DNA of 64,000 bases from Malacoraja senta (taxonomy: Eukaryota): NCBI GenBank assembly GCA_038087875.1, contig CM076001.1, forward strand, positions 1,180,001 through 1,244,000, read 5' to 3'. Every line of letters starts with the position of its first letter. Within the stretch, counting starts at the first letter, position 1. The notes below the pieces were generated by a model. That model was not told the DNA's origin. It saw nothing but the letters and a program-made list of their open reading frames with translations, and ran no database searches. The position numbers and the translations under genes are program-made. Of this stretch, positions 23,633 to 36,915 are shown piece by piece.

Positions 23633-26600
23633 AGATACATAGATACATAGATACATAGAAAATAGGTGCAGGAGTAGGCCATTCGGCCCTTCGAGCCTGC
23701 ACCGCCATTCAATATGATCATGGCTGATCATCCAACTCAGTATCCCGTACCTGCCTTCTCTCCATACCCCCTGATCCCTTTAGCCACAAGGGCCACATCT
23801 AACTCCCTCTTAAATATAGCCAATGAACTGGCCTCAACTACCCTCTGTGGCAGAGAGTTCCAGAGATTCACCACTCTCTGTGTGAAAATGTTTTTTCTCA
23901 TCTCGGTCTTAAAGGATTTCCCCCTTATCCTTAAGCTGTGACCCCTTGTCCTGGACTTCCCCAACATCGGGAACAATCTTCCTGCATCTAGCCTGTCCAA
24001 CCCCATAAGAATTTTGTAAGTTTCTATAAGATCCCCTCTCAATCTCCTAAATTCTAGCGAGTATAAGCCGAGTCTATCCAGTCTTTCTTCATATGAAAGT
24101 CCTGACATCCCAGGAATCAGTCTGGTGAACCTTCTCTGCACTCCCTCTATGGCTATAATGTCCTTCCTCAGATTTGGAGACCAAAACTGTACGCAATACT
24201 CCAGGTGTGGTCTCACCAAGACCCTGTACAACTGCAGTAGAACCTCCCTGCTCCTATACTCAAATCCTCTTGCTATGAAGGCCAACATACCATTCGCTTT
24301 CTTCACTGCCTGCTGCACCTGCATGCCTACTTTCAATGACTGGTGTACCATGACACCCAGGTCTCGCTGCATCTCCCCATTTCCTAATCGGCCACCATTT
24401 AGATAATAGTCTGCCTTCCCGTTTTTGCCACCAAAGTGGATAACCTCACATTTATCCACATTATACTGCATCTGCCAAACATTTGCCCACTCACCCAGCC
24501 TATCCAAGTCACCTTGCAGTCTCCTAACATCCTCCTCACAGCTAACACTGCCCCCCAGCTTAGTGTCATCCGCAAACTTGGAGATGTTGCTTTCAATTCC
24601 CTCGTCCAGATCGTTAATATAAATTGTAAATAGCTGGGGTCCCAGCACTGAGCCTTGCGGTACCCCACTAGTCACTGCCTGCCATTGTGAAAAGGACCCG
24701 TTTACTCCTACTCTTTGCTTCCTGTTTGCCAGCCAGTTCTCTATCCACATCAATACTGAACCCCCAATACCGTGTGATTTAAGTTTGTATCCTAATCTCT
24801 TATGTGGTACCTTGTCGAAAGCCTTCTGAAAGTCCAGATACAACATATCCACTGGTTCTCCCCTATCCACTCTACTAGTTACATCCTCGAAAAATTCTAT
24901 AAGATTCGTCAGACACGATTTACCTTTCGTAAATCCATGCTGACTTTGTCCAATGATTTCACCACTTTCCAAATGTGCTGCTATCCCATCTTTAATAACT
25001 GACTCTAGCAGTTTCCCCACTACCGATGTTAGACTAACTGGTCTGTAATTCCCCATTTTCTCTCTCCCTCCCTTCTTAAAAAGTGGGGTTACGTTTGCTA
25101 CCCTCCAATCCTCAGGAACTACTCCAGAATCTAAAGAGTTTTGAAAAATTATCACTAATGCATCCACTATTTCTGGAGCTACTTACTTAAGTACTCTGGG
25201 ATGCAGCCTATCTGGCCCTGGTGATTTATCGGCCTTTAATCCATTCAATTTACCCAACACCACTTCCCGACTAACCTGGATTTCACTCAGTTCCTCCATC
25301 TCCTTTGACCCGCGGCCCCCTGCTATTTCCGGCAGATTATTTATGTCTTCCTTAGTGAAGACAGAACCAAAGTAGTTATTCAATTGGTCCGCCATATCCT
25401 TGTTCCCCATGATCAATTCACCTGTTTCTGACTGCAAGGGACCTACATTTGTTTTAACTAATTTCTTTCTCTTCATATATCTATAAAAACTTTTGCAGTC
25501 AGTTTTTATGTTCCCTGCCAGTTTCCTTTCATAATCTATTTTCCCTTTCCTAATTAAGCCCTTTGTCCTCCTCTGCTGGTCTCTGAATTTCTCCCAGTCC
25601 TCTGGTATGCTGCTTTTTCTGGCTAATTTGTACGCATCATCTTTTGCTTTGATACTATCCCTGATTTCCCTTGTTATCCACGGATGCACTACCTTCCCTG
25701 ATTTATTCTTTTGCCAAACTGGGATGAACAATTTTTGTAGTCATCCATGCAGTCTTTAAATGCCTTCCATTGCATATCCACCGTCAACCCTTTTAGAACT
25801 AATTGCCAGTCAATCTTGGCCAATTCACATCTCATACCCTCAAAGTTACCTTTCTTTAAGTTCAGAACCGTTGTTTCTGAATTAACAATGTCACTCTCCA
25901 TCCTACTGAAGAACTCAACCATATTATGGTCACTCTTGCCCAAGGGGGCACGCACAACAAGTCTGCTAACTAACCCTTCCTCATTACTCAATACCCAGTC
26001 TAGAATAGCCTGCTCTCTCGTTGGTTCCTCTACATGTTGGTTTAGATAACTATCCCTCATACATTCCAAGGAATCCTCTTCCTCAGCACCCTTGCCAATT
26101 TGATTCACCCAATCTATATGTAGATTGAAGTCACCCATTATAACTGTTTTGCCTTTGTTGCACGCATTTCTAATTTCCTGTTTGATGCCATCCCCAACTT
26201 CACTACTACTGCTAGGTGGCCTGTACACAACACCCACCCGCGTTTTCTGCCCCTTAGTGTTTCGCAGCTCTACCCATACCGATTCCACATCCTCCAAGCT
26301 AATGTCCTTCCTTTCCACTGCGTTAATCTCCTCTCTAACCAGCAACGCTACTCCACCTCCTTTTCCTTTCTCTCTATCCCTCCTGAATATTGAATATCCC
26401 TGGATGTTCAGCTCCCAGCCTTGGTCACCCTGGAGCCATGTCTCCGTGATCCCAACTATATCATAATCATTAATTGCTATCTGCACGTTCAACGCATCCA
26501 CCTTATTACGAATGCTCCTTGCATTGAGACACAAAGCCTTCAGGCTTGTTTTTACAACGCTCTTACCCCTTATACAATTATGTTGAAAAGTGGCTCTTTT

Positions 26601-26990
26601 TGATTTTTGCCCTGGATTTGTCTGCCTGCCACTTCTACTTCCGCCCGCATTTTACACCCCTCTGTTTCTCTGCTCACCCATTTAAGAACCCCACCACCTC
26701 TTATTCTCTGTTTATTATTGTTTTCTTCTTTCCCCCCTACATGTTGGGTCTGAGTGCTTTCCTTCTCTGCCTCCTGCCTCACACACTGTCTAATAGCATT
26801 CTCTATTTGAGTCCCTCCCCCCAACCATTCTAGTTTAAAGTCTCCCCAGTAGCCTTTGCAGATCTCCCCGCCAGGATATCGGTCCCCCTCAGGTTCAAGT
26901 GCAACCCATCCTTTTTGTACAGGTCGAACCTTCCACAAAAGAGGTCCCAATGATCCTGAAATTTGAATCCCTGCCTTCTGCACCAGTCCT
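23633..26990 (-). mobile_element. CR1 LINE copy 1 (5'-truncated in ORF1; ORF2 with stop and frameshift)
   Basis: Endonuclease CLNARSIRNK, GITETW, MGDFN, GKSDH; RT ORF 23737-25167 (LDFQKAFDKV, GVPQGSVLGP, KFADD); tail (CTATGTAT)n; ORF1 end GLHLN. Confidence 0.95.
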
Positions 26991-27624
26991 GGGGAAGTCT
27001 AGAGATTGTATTGGAACGAGTGGGGAAGCTGCCGGGGAGTTGAAGGGTGTTTGAGAGGGGAGGAGAGAGAGTACTCGCTCTGTCTACGCAACTGCTGGTG
27101 GTAGTAACAAATTGCTTTAAGTCTCCCGACTTTGAATCGGCTATTTATTTGACATATCAATTTCAGTAAGCTAGTTAATGTCCTATATATTAATCTAATT
27201 TCCAAATATTCACCTAGTATTCACTGTATAAAATGATATCTAATCTTTTGGAATTCTGGCTCTCCAGACGAATTTATATACTGATCTTCCTTTTTTATTC
27301 TATTCTGTTCTGTTCAGTCCTTTTTAAAAACAAATTCTGTAAGGAGCGGAGCTAATTGAAATTAACATCTACGGAAGTTTATAAGAATCATTGCACCAGG
27401 GGGTGATATGCACCGGCAGCATGTCTATATGCTGTAATTTCTGTTGTTTTTCTTTTTCACTTCATAGCTTGTCTACTGCACTCTTCATCTATCTTTTTTA
27501 AGGCACTTTTTCCTGGGAGATACCTGCAGGGGATTGGAATTAGGCTCACCCACCCAGCAACCAAAAGTCTTATTTTAAATATTGTGTTACTCCATTTGAA
27601 ACAAGGGAAACCATGTAAGCTTTA

Positions 27625-30600
27625 ATGCAAAACGATCCTTCTAGGAAAACTGGAGGAATCACTTTTTGTAGTTGGAATGTTAGGGGCGTTAATGAGCCAA
27701 TTAAAAGGGGTAAGGTTTTAGCCCATCTAAAATCTATTAATACTGATATAATATTTTTACAGGAGACACATCTTAAAGATGGAGCTCATAACAGGCTGAA
27801 GGCTAACTGGATTGGTCAATTATATCATTCTACTTTTCCCTCTAAAGCTAGAGGTACTGCAATCATAATTCGTAAAGGTATACCATTCAAACACAAAGCC
27901 ACCATAGTCGATAAGGAGGGTAGGTACATTATAGTATCTGGGGAGTTATACTCAATCCCACTTACTATGGTGAATATCTACGCCCCTAATTTTGACAACC
28001 CACAATTTTTTAAATAAAATAATCAACATAATCTCAGACTCCACCCAGCAAAATCTGATAATTGGAGGAGACTTCAATTGTGTACTGGACCCATATCTGG
28101 ATAAATCTTCACAGCAAAGGATGTATAATACAAAATCAAAATCCAGTGAACTTCTAAACACTTACATAAAAAAATACAAACATAACCGACGTATGGAGGA
28201 TCACTAGTCCATCCGGAAGATAATATTATTTTTATTCAGGTGTTCACAATACGTATTGACTATTTTCTGGTGGATGCAAAATTGATCCCTTTTACAATCA
28301 ATCCCAAATATCATAATAACATTATTTCTGATCACTGTCCATTAATATTCTCCTTAAAACTAGAAGGAATGCATAATAAAAAAAAATTCTGGAGATTTAA
28401 TCCACAAATATTAACTGACTCAGGTTGTTGTGAGTATCTGAAGCAACAGATGGAACTATTTTATGAGACAAATGACACACCTGGTATTTCGGCCTCTTTA
28501 TTATGGGAATCTTTTAAGGCCTTTATTAGAGGTTCTATTATTTCATATCAAGCGTATCAAAATTAAAAAAAACAGGTCGGAACAATTGGAATTAGAAAAA
28601 CAGATTAAACAGCTTGATTTAGAAAATGCCACCGATCCATCTACTGTCAAACACAATAAGATAGCAGCATTAAAATTCAAGTTAAATCAAATTTTCTCCG
28701 CAAAAGTTATTAAGTTATTTCAATATACTAAGCAAAAAAACGTCGAATTTGGTGATAAACCGCATAAACATCTGGCACGTCAACTGAGAAAAATGGAAAA
28801 AGATCACACCATTCAAAAAATTAGATCAGAAAAAGGTGAGCTGCTTACACTCCCTAAAGATATCAATGAAAGCTTCTTAAAATTCTATCAAAATTTATAC
28901 GCATCTAAAACTTCAGTCGAAACCATACAGATTAATAACTTCCTTGACAATTGCAACCTTCCATCACTCAATGAGGTGGAACGAGAAGAATTAGGAGCGG
29001 ATATTACAATAAAAGATATTGAAGAGACTATTAAATCACTGAATAATGGCAAAACGCCAGGTCCAGATGGGTTCAGTAATGAATTCTATAAAAAAATTCA
29101 TGCATTAATTTCCCCACGTTTACGAGCCCTTTATATACACGCATTTAAAGGACAGACGTTACCACAAACTTTAGCCGAATCAACTATTACATTGATACCC
29201 AAAAAAGATAAAGATCTTGAAGAGCCAGGATCATATAGAGCAATAGCTCTTCTAAAGACAGATCAGAAAATATTAGCTAAAACTCTGGCAAGAAGACTAA
29301 GTACGTACATTAGTAAATTAATACACTCTGACCAAACTGAGTTTATACCTAAGAGACATTCATTCAATAACTTGAGACGTTTGTTTAATATAATGTATTC
29401 ACACAGAACGATTAACGAAGACTTATCAATTATTTCTTTAGACGCAGAAAAAACATTTGATCAAGTAGAATGGGAATATTTCACAGTATTGCAAAAATTC
29501 CAACTAGGAGAACATTTTATTTCATGGATAAAGTTGTTATATAACATAGATACATAGATACATAGAAAATAGGTGCAGGAGTAGGCCATTCGGCCCTTCG
29601 AGCCTGCACCGCCATTCAATATGATCATGGCTGATCATCCAACTCAGTATCCCGTACCTGCCTTCTCTCCATACCCCCTGATCCCTTTAGCCACAAGGGC
29701 CACATCTAACTCCCTCTTAAATATAGCCAATGAACTGGCCTCAACTACCCTCTGTGGCAGAGAGTTCCAGAGATTCACCACTCTCTGTGTGAAAACGTTT
29801 GTTCTCATCTCGGTCTGAAAGGATTTCCCCCTTATCCTTAAGCTGTGACCCCTTGTCCTGGACTTCCCCAACATCGGGAACAATCTTCCTGCATCTAGCC
29901 TGTCCAACCCCATAAGAATTTTGTACGTTTCTATAAGATCCCCTCTCAATCTCCTAAATTATAGCGAGTATAAGCCAAGTCTATCCAGTCTTTCTTCATA
30001 TGAAAGTCCTGACATCCCAGGAATCAGTCTGGTGAACCTTCTCTGCACTCCCTCTATGGCTATAATGTCCTTCCTCAGATTTGGAGACCAAAACTGTACG
30101 CAATACTCCAGGTGTGGTCTCACCAAGACCCTGTACAACTGCAGTAGAACCTCCCTGCTCCTATACTCATCCTTTTGCTATGAAAGCTAACATACCATTC
30201 ACTTTCTTCACTGCCTGCTGCACCTGCATGCCTACTTTCAATGACTGGTGTACCATGACACCCAGGTCTCGCTGCATCTCCCCTTTTCCTAATCGGCCAC
30301 CATTTAGTTAATAGTCTGCTTTCCTGTTTTTGCCATCAAAGTGGATAACCTCACATTTATCCACATTATACTGCATCTGCCAAACATTTGCCCACTCACC
30401 CAGCCTATCCAAGTCACCTTGCAGTCTCCTAGCATCCTCCTCACAGCTAACACTGCCCCACAGCTTAGTGTCATCCGCAAACTTGGAGATGTTGCCTTCA
30501 ATTCCCTCATCCAGTTCATTAATATAAATTGTAAATAGCTGGGGTCCCAGCACTGAGCCTTGCGGTACCCCACTAGTCACTGCCTGCCATTGTGAAAAGG

Positions 30601-33600
30601 ACCCGTTTACTCCTACTCTTTGCTTCCTGTTTGCCAGCCAGTTCTCTATCCACATCAATACTGAACCCCCATACCGTGTGATTTAAGTTTGTATCCTAAT
30701 CTCTTATGTGGGACCTTGTCGAAAGCCTTCTGAAAGTCCAGATACAACACATCCACTGGTTCTCCCCTATCCACTCTACTAGTTACATCCTCGAAAAATT
30801 CTATAAGATTCGTCAGACATGATTTACCTTTCGTAAATCCATGCTGACTTTGTCCAATGATTTCACCACTTTCCAAATGTGCTGCTATCCCATCTTTAAT
30901 AACTGACTCTAGCAGTTTCCCCATTACCGATGTTAGACTAACTGGTCTGTAATTCCCCGTTTTCTCTCTCCCTCCCTTCTTAAAAAGTGGGGTTACGTTT
31001 GCTACCCTCCAATCCTCAGGAACTACTCCAGAATCTAAAGAGTTTTGAAAAATTATCACTAATGCATCCACTATTTCTGAGCTACTTCCTTAACTATTCT
31101 GGGATGCAGCCTATCTGGCCCTGGTGATTTATCGGCCTTTAATCCATTCAATTTACCCAACACCACTTCCCGACTAACCTGGATTTCACTCAGTTCCTCC
31201 ATCTCCTTTGACCCGCGGTCCCCTGCTATTTCCAGCAGATTATTTATGCCTTCCTTAGTGAAGACGGAACCAAAGTAGTTATTCAATTGGTCCGCCATAT
31301 CCTTGTTCCCCATGATCAATTCACCTGTTTCTGACTGCAAGGGACCTACATTTGTTTTAACTAATCTCTTTCTCTTCACATATCTATAGAAACTTTTGCA
31401 GTCAGTTTTTATGTTCCCTGCCAGATTTCTTTCATAATCTATTTTCCCTTTCCTAATTAAGCCCTTTGTCCTCCTCTGCTGGTCTCTGAATTTCTCCCAG
31501 TTCTCTGGTATGCTGCTTTTTCTGGCTAATTTGTACGCATCATCTTTTGCTTTGATACTATCCCTGATTTCTCTTGTTATCCACGGATGCACTACCTTCC
31601 CTGATTTATTCTTTTTCCAAACTGGGATGAACAATTTTTGTTGTTCATCCATGCAGTCTTTAAATGCCTTCCATTGCATATCCACCGTCAACCCTTTTAG
31701 AACTAATTGCCAGTCAATCTTGGCCAATTCACGTCTCATACCATCAAAGTTACCTTTCTTTAAGTTCAGAACCCTTGTTTCTGAATTAACAATGTCACTC
31801 TCCATCCTAATGAAGAACTCAACCATATTATGGTCACTCTTGCCCAAGGGGGCACGCACAACAAGACTGCTAACTAACCCTTCCTCATTACTCAATACCC
31901 AGTCTAGAATAGCCTGCTCTCTCGTTGGTTCCTCTACATGTTGGTTTAGATAACTATCCTGCATACATTCCAAGAAATCCTCTTCCTCAGCACCCCTGCC
32001 AATTTGATTCACCCAATCTATATGTAGATTGAAGTCACCCATTATAACCGTTTTGCCTTTGTTGCACGCATTTCGAATTTCCTGTTTAATGCCATCCCCA
32101 ACTTCACTACAACTGCTAGGTGGCCTGTACACAACACCCACCAGCGTTTTCTGCCCCTTAGTGTTTCGCAGCTCTACCCATACCGATTCCACATCCTTCA
32201 AGCTAATATCCTCCCTTTCCACTGCGTTAATCTCCTCTCTAACCAGCAACGCTACCCCACCTCCTTTTCCTTTCTCTCTATCCCTCCTGAATATTGAATT
32301 TCCCTGAATATTCAGCTCCCAGCCTTGGTCACCCTGGAGCCATGTCTCCGTGATCCCAACTATATCATAATCATTAATAGCTATCTGCACGTTCAACTCA
32401 TCCACCTTATTACGAATGCTCCTTGCATTGAGACACAAAGCCTTCAGGCTTGTTTTTACAACACTCTTACCCCTTATACAATTATGTTGAAAAGTGGCCC
32501 TTTTTGATTTTTGCCCCGGATTTGTCTGCCTGCCACTTTTACTTTTCACCTTGCTACCTATTGCTTCCGCCCGCATTTCACACCCCTCTGTTTCTCTGCT
32601 CACCCATTTAAGAACCCCACCACCTCTTATTCTCTGTTTATTATTGTTTTCTTCTTTCCCCCCTACATGTTGGGTCTGAGTGCTTTCCTTCTCTGCCTCC
32701 TGCCTCACACACTGTCTAATAGCATTCTCTATTTGAGTGCCTCCCCCCAACCATTCTAGTTTAAAGTCTCCCCAGTAGCCTTTGCAGATCTCCCCACCAG
32801 GATATCGGTCTCCCTCAGGTTCAAGTGCAACCCATCCTTTTTGTACAGGTCGCACCTTCCACAAGATTATTTATGTCTTCCTTAGTGAACTTCCGCAGAT
32901 TATTTATATTATCCGCAGATTAATAACAATCCGACTGCCAGAATACTGACTAATCAAACTCTGTCACCTAAATTCCAATTATTCAGGGGCAATAGACAAG
33001 GATGTGCTTTATCACCAATGTTATTTGCCCTTGCTATAGAACCCTTAGCTGAAAGTATAAGAGTACATCCGAGCATTCATGGCTATAACACTAAACATAC
33101 TAATAATAAGATTTTGTTATATGCAGACGATGTACTTTTATATATTACCAACTCCCAAGTCAGTATCCCTAATATACTAAACCTCATAGAACAATTCGGT
33201 TCCTTCTCAGGGTACAGAATAAACTGGAACAAAAGTGAAATTATGCCAATAAAACCTCAAGACCCTTCACATCTCCTAAAATTTCCCTTTAGAATTGCCA
33301 CTGAAAAATTTAAATACCTTGGAGTTTACGTGACTAGAAAATATACCTCTTTATTTCAAGCAAATTTTCCACCATTAATTACCAAATTAAATGCCCTTAT
33401 TCAATTTTGAAAAACACTTCCGATTTCCCTTATAGGTAGAGTAAATGCCATAAAGATGATTTTCCTTCCACAACGCCTTTACCTATTTCAATCAATACCG
33501 ATTTACCTCCCTAAAAACTTTTTTAAAAACCTTGACTCTGTGATTACAAACTTTATCTGGGATTATAAAACTCATAGAATTCAAAAACGACATTTATGCA

Positions 33601-34767
33601 AACCTAAAGAAATCGGTGGTTTGGCTCTCCCTAATTTTCTTTTCTATTACTGGGCAACTAATATTAAAAATTTAATTTACTGGATGGATGATCCATGTCA
33701 ACAAGAAACTGGTTAAAAATGGAGAGGGAAGATTGTTCACCTTTCAATATAGGCGCGATTCTTCTCTCTCCAATACATCTGAAGATATCAATGTATGAGA
33801 AAAATCCGATAATTCATAGCACCCTACGAATTTGGAAACAGTTGAAATCAACCCTCAAATTGAGAAATTTCTCTCTCTTACCAATCGCCAACAATCCCTC
33901 GTTTAAACCGTCTCCTTTAGATAAGGCGTTTGCACAATGGGAAAGCCTAGGAATTAAAAAGCTGGGAGATCTTTATGAGAAGGGGATCTTCCTCTCGTTT
34001 CAAGAATTACAGGTGAAATATCATTTGAAAGGTAGTAATTTTTTTAGATATCTTCAAATCCGAGACTATGTGAAAACACACATGCCAGACTGTCATTCTA
34101 TGGGCCCAGATATATTAGACGAATGCATGAATAGAAAGGCAGATACAATTAAGTTAATATCCTATTTTTACAATACCATTTTAACTGCACATATTCCATC
34201 TTCGGAAATAATTAGGCGAGCATGGGAAGACGAATTGGGTTTAACAATTTCAAAGGATAGTTGGGAGGAAAGCCTTTTATATATACATTACTGTTCTCCT
34301 AATGTTGGGCACTCCCTGATACAATTTAAAAAACTGCACAGACTCTATTACTCAAAGTCTAAATTGAACAAGATCTTCCCAAATGTCTCCTATTTGTGAT
34401 AAATGTCTCATCCAAGAAGCGACTATAACCCATTCTTTTGCTTCCTGCACAGTTACAAAACTTCTGGAGGGGAATTTTTGATATCTTTTCCAAAATACTT
34501 AAAACTAAATTGGACCCCGATGTAAAACTGATCACATTAGGTATGTCAGAGGCCTGTTCTATGCTAACGATATTTCAAAGGTGTTTCCTTAACTATGGCC
34601 TAATAACGGCGAAAAAATTAATACTCAAATTTTGGAAACAGACAACAGTCCCTACAGTGAAGATGTGGATCACAGATATGTCCGAGACACTACGTTTGGA
34701 AAACATTAGGCTTGTCTTGCCGGATAAACCAGATCAATTTCTTAAGACATGGACACCCTTTACTTAG
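27625..34767 (+). pseudogene. L1 ORF2 (APE endonuclease-RT-CCHC), frameshifted and split by CR1 at 29547-32922
   Basis: SWNVRGVN, FLQETH, NIYAPN, IGGDFN, RIDYF, ISDH; KTPGPDGF, SLDAEKTFD, RQGC..SP.LF, LYADDVL; C-terminal CDKC...H....C at ~34395-34450. Confidence 0.92.
29547..32922 (-). mobile_element. CR1 LINE copy 2 (same family as copy 1), inserted into the L1 RT domain
   Basis: Nearly identical to copy 1. ATAACA is duplicated at 29541-29546 and 32923-32928, and the L1 frame LLYN|NPTARIL resumes after it. Confidence 0.95.
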
Positions 34768-36152
34768 TATGGTGAAACACAAATTTAAATTTAAATCCGA
34801 TGCTAGGTTGGGTGAGGCGGGGGGGGGGGGGGGGGGGGGGGGGAGGGTGTGGGCGAGGGGCGAGGGGCAAGGTATATCTCCACTTTCTTTTTTTAAATTC
34901 TTCTATCTTTCTGCCACACTGCTTTGGTAGTTTAGGGGACTTTCTCTGGTTCTCCTTTACTCTATCTTTTCACTTTTTACTTCTTTTCTTTCTTGCTTTT
35001 TTTTTCTTTCCCTTTTTTTCATTACTATAATTTAGGTTATAAAAAATTAAGCTGTACAATAATTGTATAATTTTTAGATGCCGAATGTTTTATCTTTGTA
35101 CAATTGCTACTAATAAAATTTAAAAAAAAGAAAAAAAGAAAGAAAACACGACGTGCTAATGGTGAAGTTTTTACATATTCCGATAGAGATTTACGCCGTG
35201 ATGTAAAAAAATCGTCTTATCTGAACATTTCATGCATTATTTCTCGAGTTATTTATGAAAATGTTCAAAAATTTCAAATAACTTGGAAAATAAACGAGAT
35301 GGTCTCGCTGATGATGTCACAATGGCTCTGCTCCTAGGCTTCCAAGCGCTCGCAAGGTCCCGAGCGTTTCCCGAGAACTCCCGAGCTTTTCTCTTGGTTC
35401 CTCGGTAGCCTCTCTTCCCCCTCCAACCCCCGGGCTCTCTCCCCCCCCCCCCCCCCGTGCTCTCTCTCTCCCCCCCTCCCGGGCTCTCTCACTCATCCCC
35501 GCCCCCCCGCCCGGCTTTCTTTCTCTCCCCCCCGGGCTCTCTCTCTCTCCCACCACGGGCTCTCTCTCCCCCCCTGGGCTCCCTTCCCCCCCCCAGGGCT
35601 TTCTTTGCCCCCAGGCTCTCTTTAACCCGCCCGTCCCCCCCCCCGGGCTCTCTTCCCCCCCTACCCCGGCCTCTCCTTCCCCCCCTTCAGCCTCTCCTTC
35701 CCCCCTGGCCTCTCCCTCCCCCCCCCGGCCTCTCTCTCCCTCCCCCCCCAAGGCCTCTCTCTCCCCCTCCCCTGGCCTCTCTCCCCCGGACTCTCTTTCA
35801 TCACCCCCCCCATGGCCTCTCTTCCACCCACCCCTGTGCCCCTCTGTGTCCTTCTCTGTGAACTGCTCTGTGCCTCCCTGTACCCCTCTCTGTGTCCCTC
35901 TGTGCCTCTGTCCCTCTCTCTACCCCCCTCCCTCTCTAGCCGCGCATGCGAGTTGGGGCTTATGAGTGGGTGGATAGGGCAGGGGATGGGGTTAAAAGAG
36001 TGAATGAATAATATTAATATAATATCAATGGGGGTGGTTAGTGTGTGTGTGTGGGGGGGGGTGGTTAGTGTGTGTGTGACGCCGCAGGCCGCCCCCACCC
36101 CCCGCAACCGCGCGCTGAGGGGACGGGACCCAACGGGTCCCACTTGGGCTAG

Positions 36153-36915
36153 TGTACATTAAAACTCTGATCTTGTGTGTGTATATGTGTTTGTCTTTAC
36201 ATCTTCGCAAAAACACTACGCGGTAACATATTCCGATTGACATTTTTCCCCTCGAGGCCGAGATCACCGTCACTGAACATTTTATGCTTCATTTCTTGAC
36301 TTATTCTCGACTCATTGCTGATTCAAAGTCTAAAAAAGTCAAAAGACTTTGAAATTAAAACCACCAGCTTCAACTGATGACGTCACAATGGCTAGGCCAG
36401 CAGTGATCATCTTTTGAAATTAAAACCACCAGCTTCAACTGATGACGTCACAATGGCTAGGCTAGCAGTGAACATCTTCACTAAAGATTTCATTCTATAT
36501 TTGACACGCTATTCGTGATTAAAGCTTTTAAAATGCCAACTTTCACAAGATTTTTACATATTCTGATTCACATTTTTCCCCTCTAGGCAGAGATCACTTT
36601 CACTGAACATTTTATGCTTCATTTCTTGACTTATTACTGATTAAAGTTTTAAAAAAAAATGTATACCTTGAATTTCAAACCGACCAGCTTCAACTGATGA
36701 CGTCACAATGGCTCGACTAGCAGGGGGAGGGCGAATTGCTATTGCAACAAGCAGCGCAAGTGCAATTGGAATTTTTTTTAAAGATCACTGTTGAGGGAGG
36801 CAAGGGTAGTGCTGGAATCTTAGGTTTGGGAATAACTTGAGTTGAAGGCCCACACCTCCCATGGGGGCTACGGGTAGGGAACGGGTGTGTTGGGAGAGCG
36901 CTGCACTTGGTCTAG
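36153..36915 (+). mobile_element. Helitron-like unit 2 of the array, with internal duplications
   Basis: 5' TAAAACTCTGATCTTG; 3' CACTTGGTCTAG|T. A ~65-bp tandem duplication at 36348-36478 and a longer duplicate at 36570-36715. Confidence 0.6.

Larger units (their letters stand above)
23418..35141 (+). mobile_element. 5'-truncated L1-clade LINE carrying two nested CR1 insertions
   Basis: 15-bp TSD GAAAACACGACGTGC at 23403-23417 and 35142-35156. AATAAA at 35112 followed by an A-rich tail. ORF2 remnants lie in between. Confidence 0.9.
23290..36152 (+). mobile_element. Helitron-like non-autonomous element interrupted by the L1 (own sequence 23290-23417 and 35142-36152)
   Basis: 5' (TCTA)n...TAAAACTCTGATCTTG; 3' hairpin GGGACCCAACGGGTCCC followed by CTAG|T at 36149-36152. 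Sequence is continuous across the L1 TSD. Confidence 0.65.
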
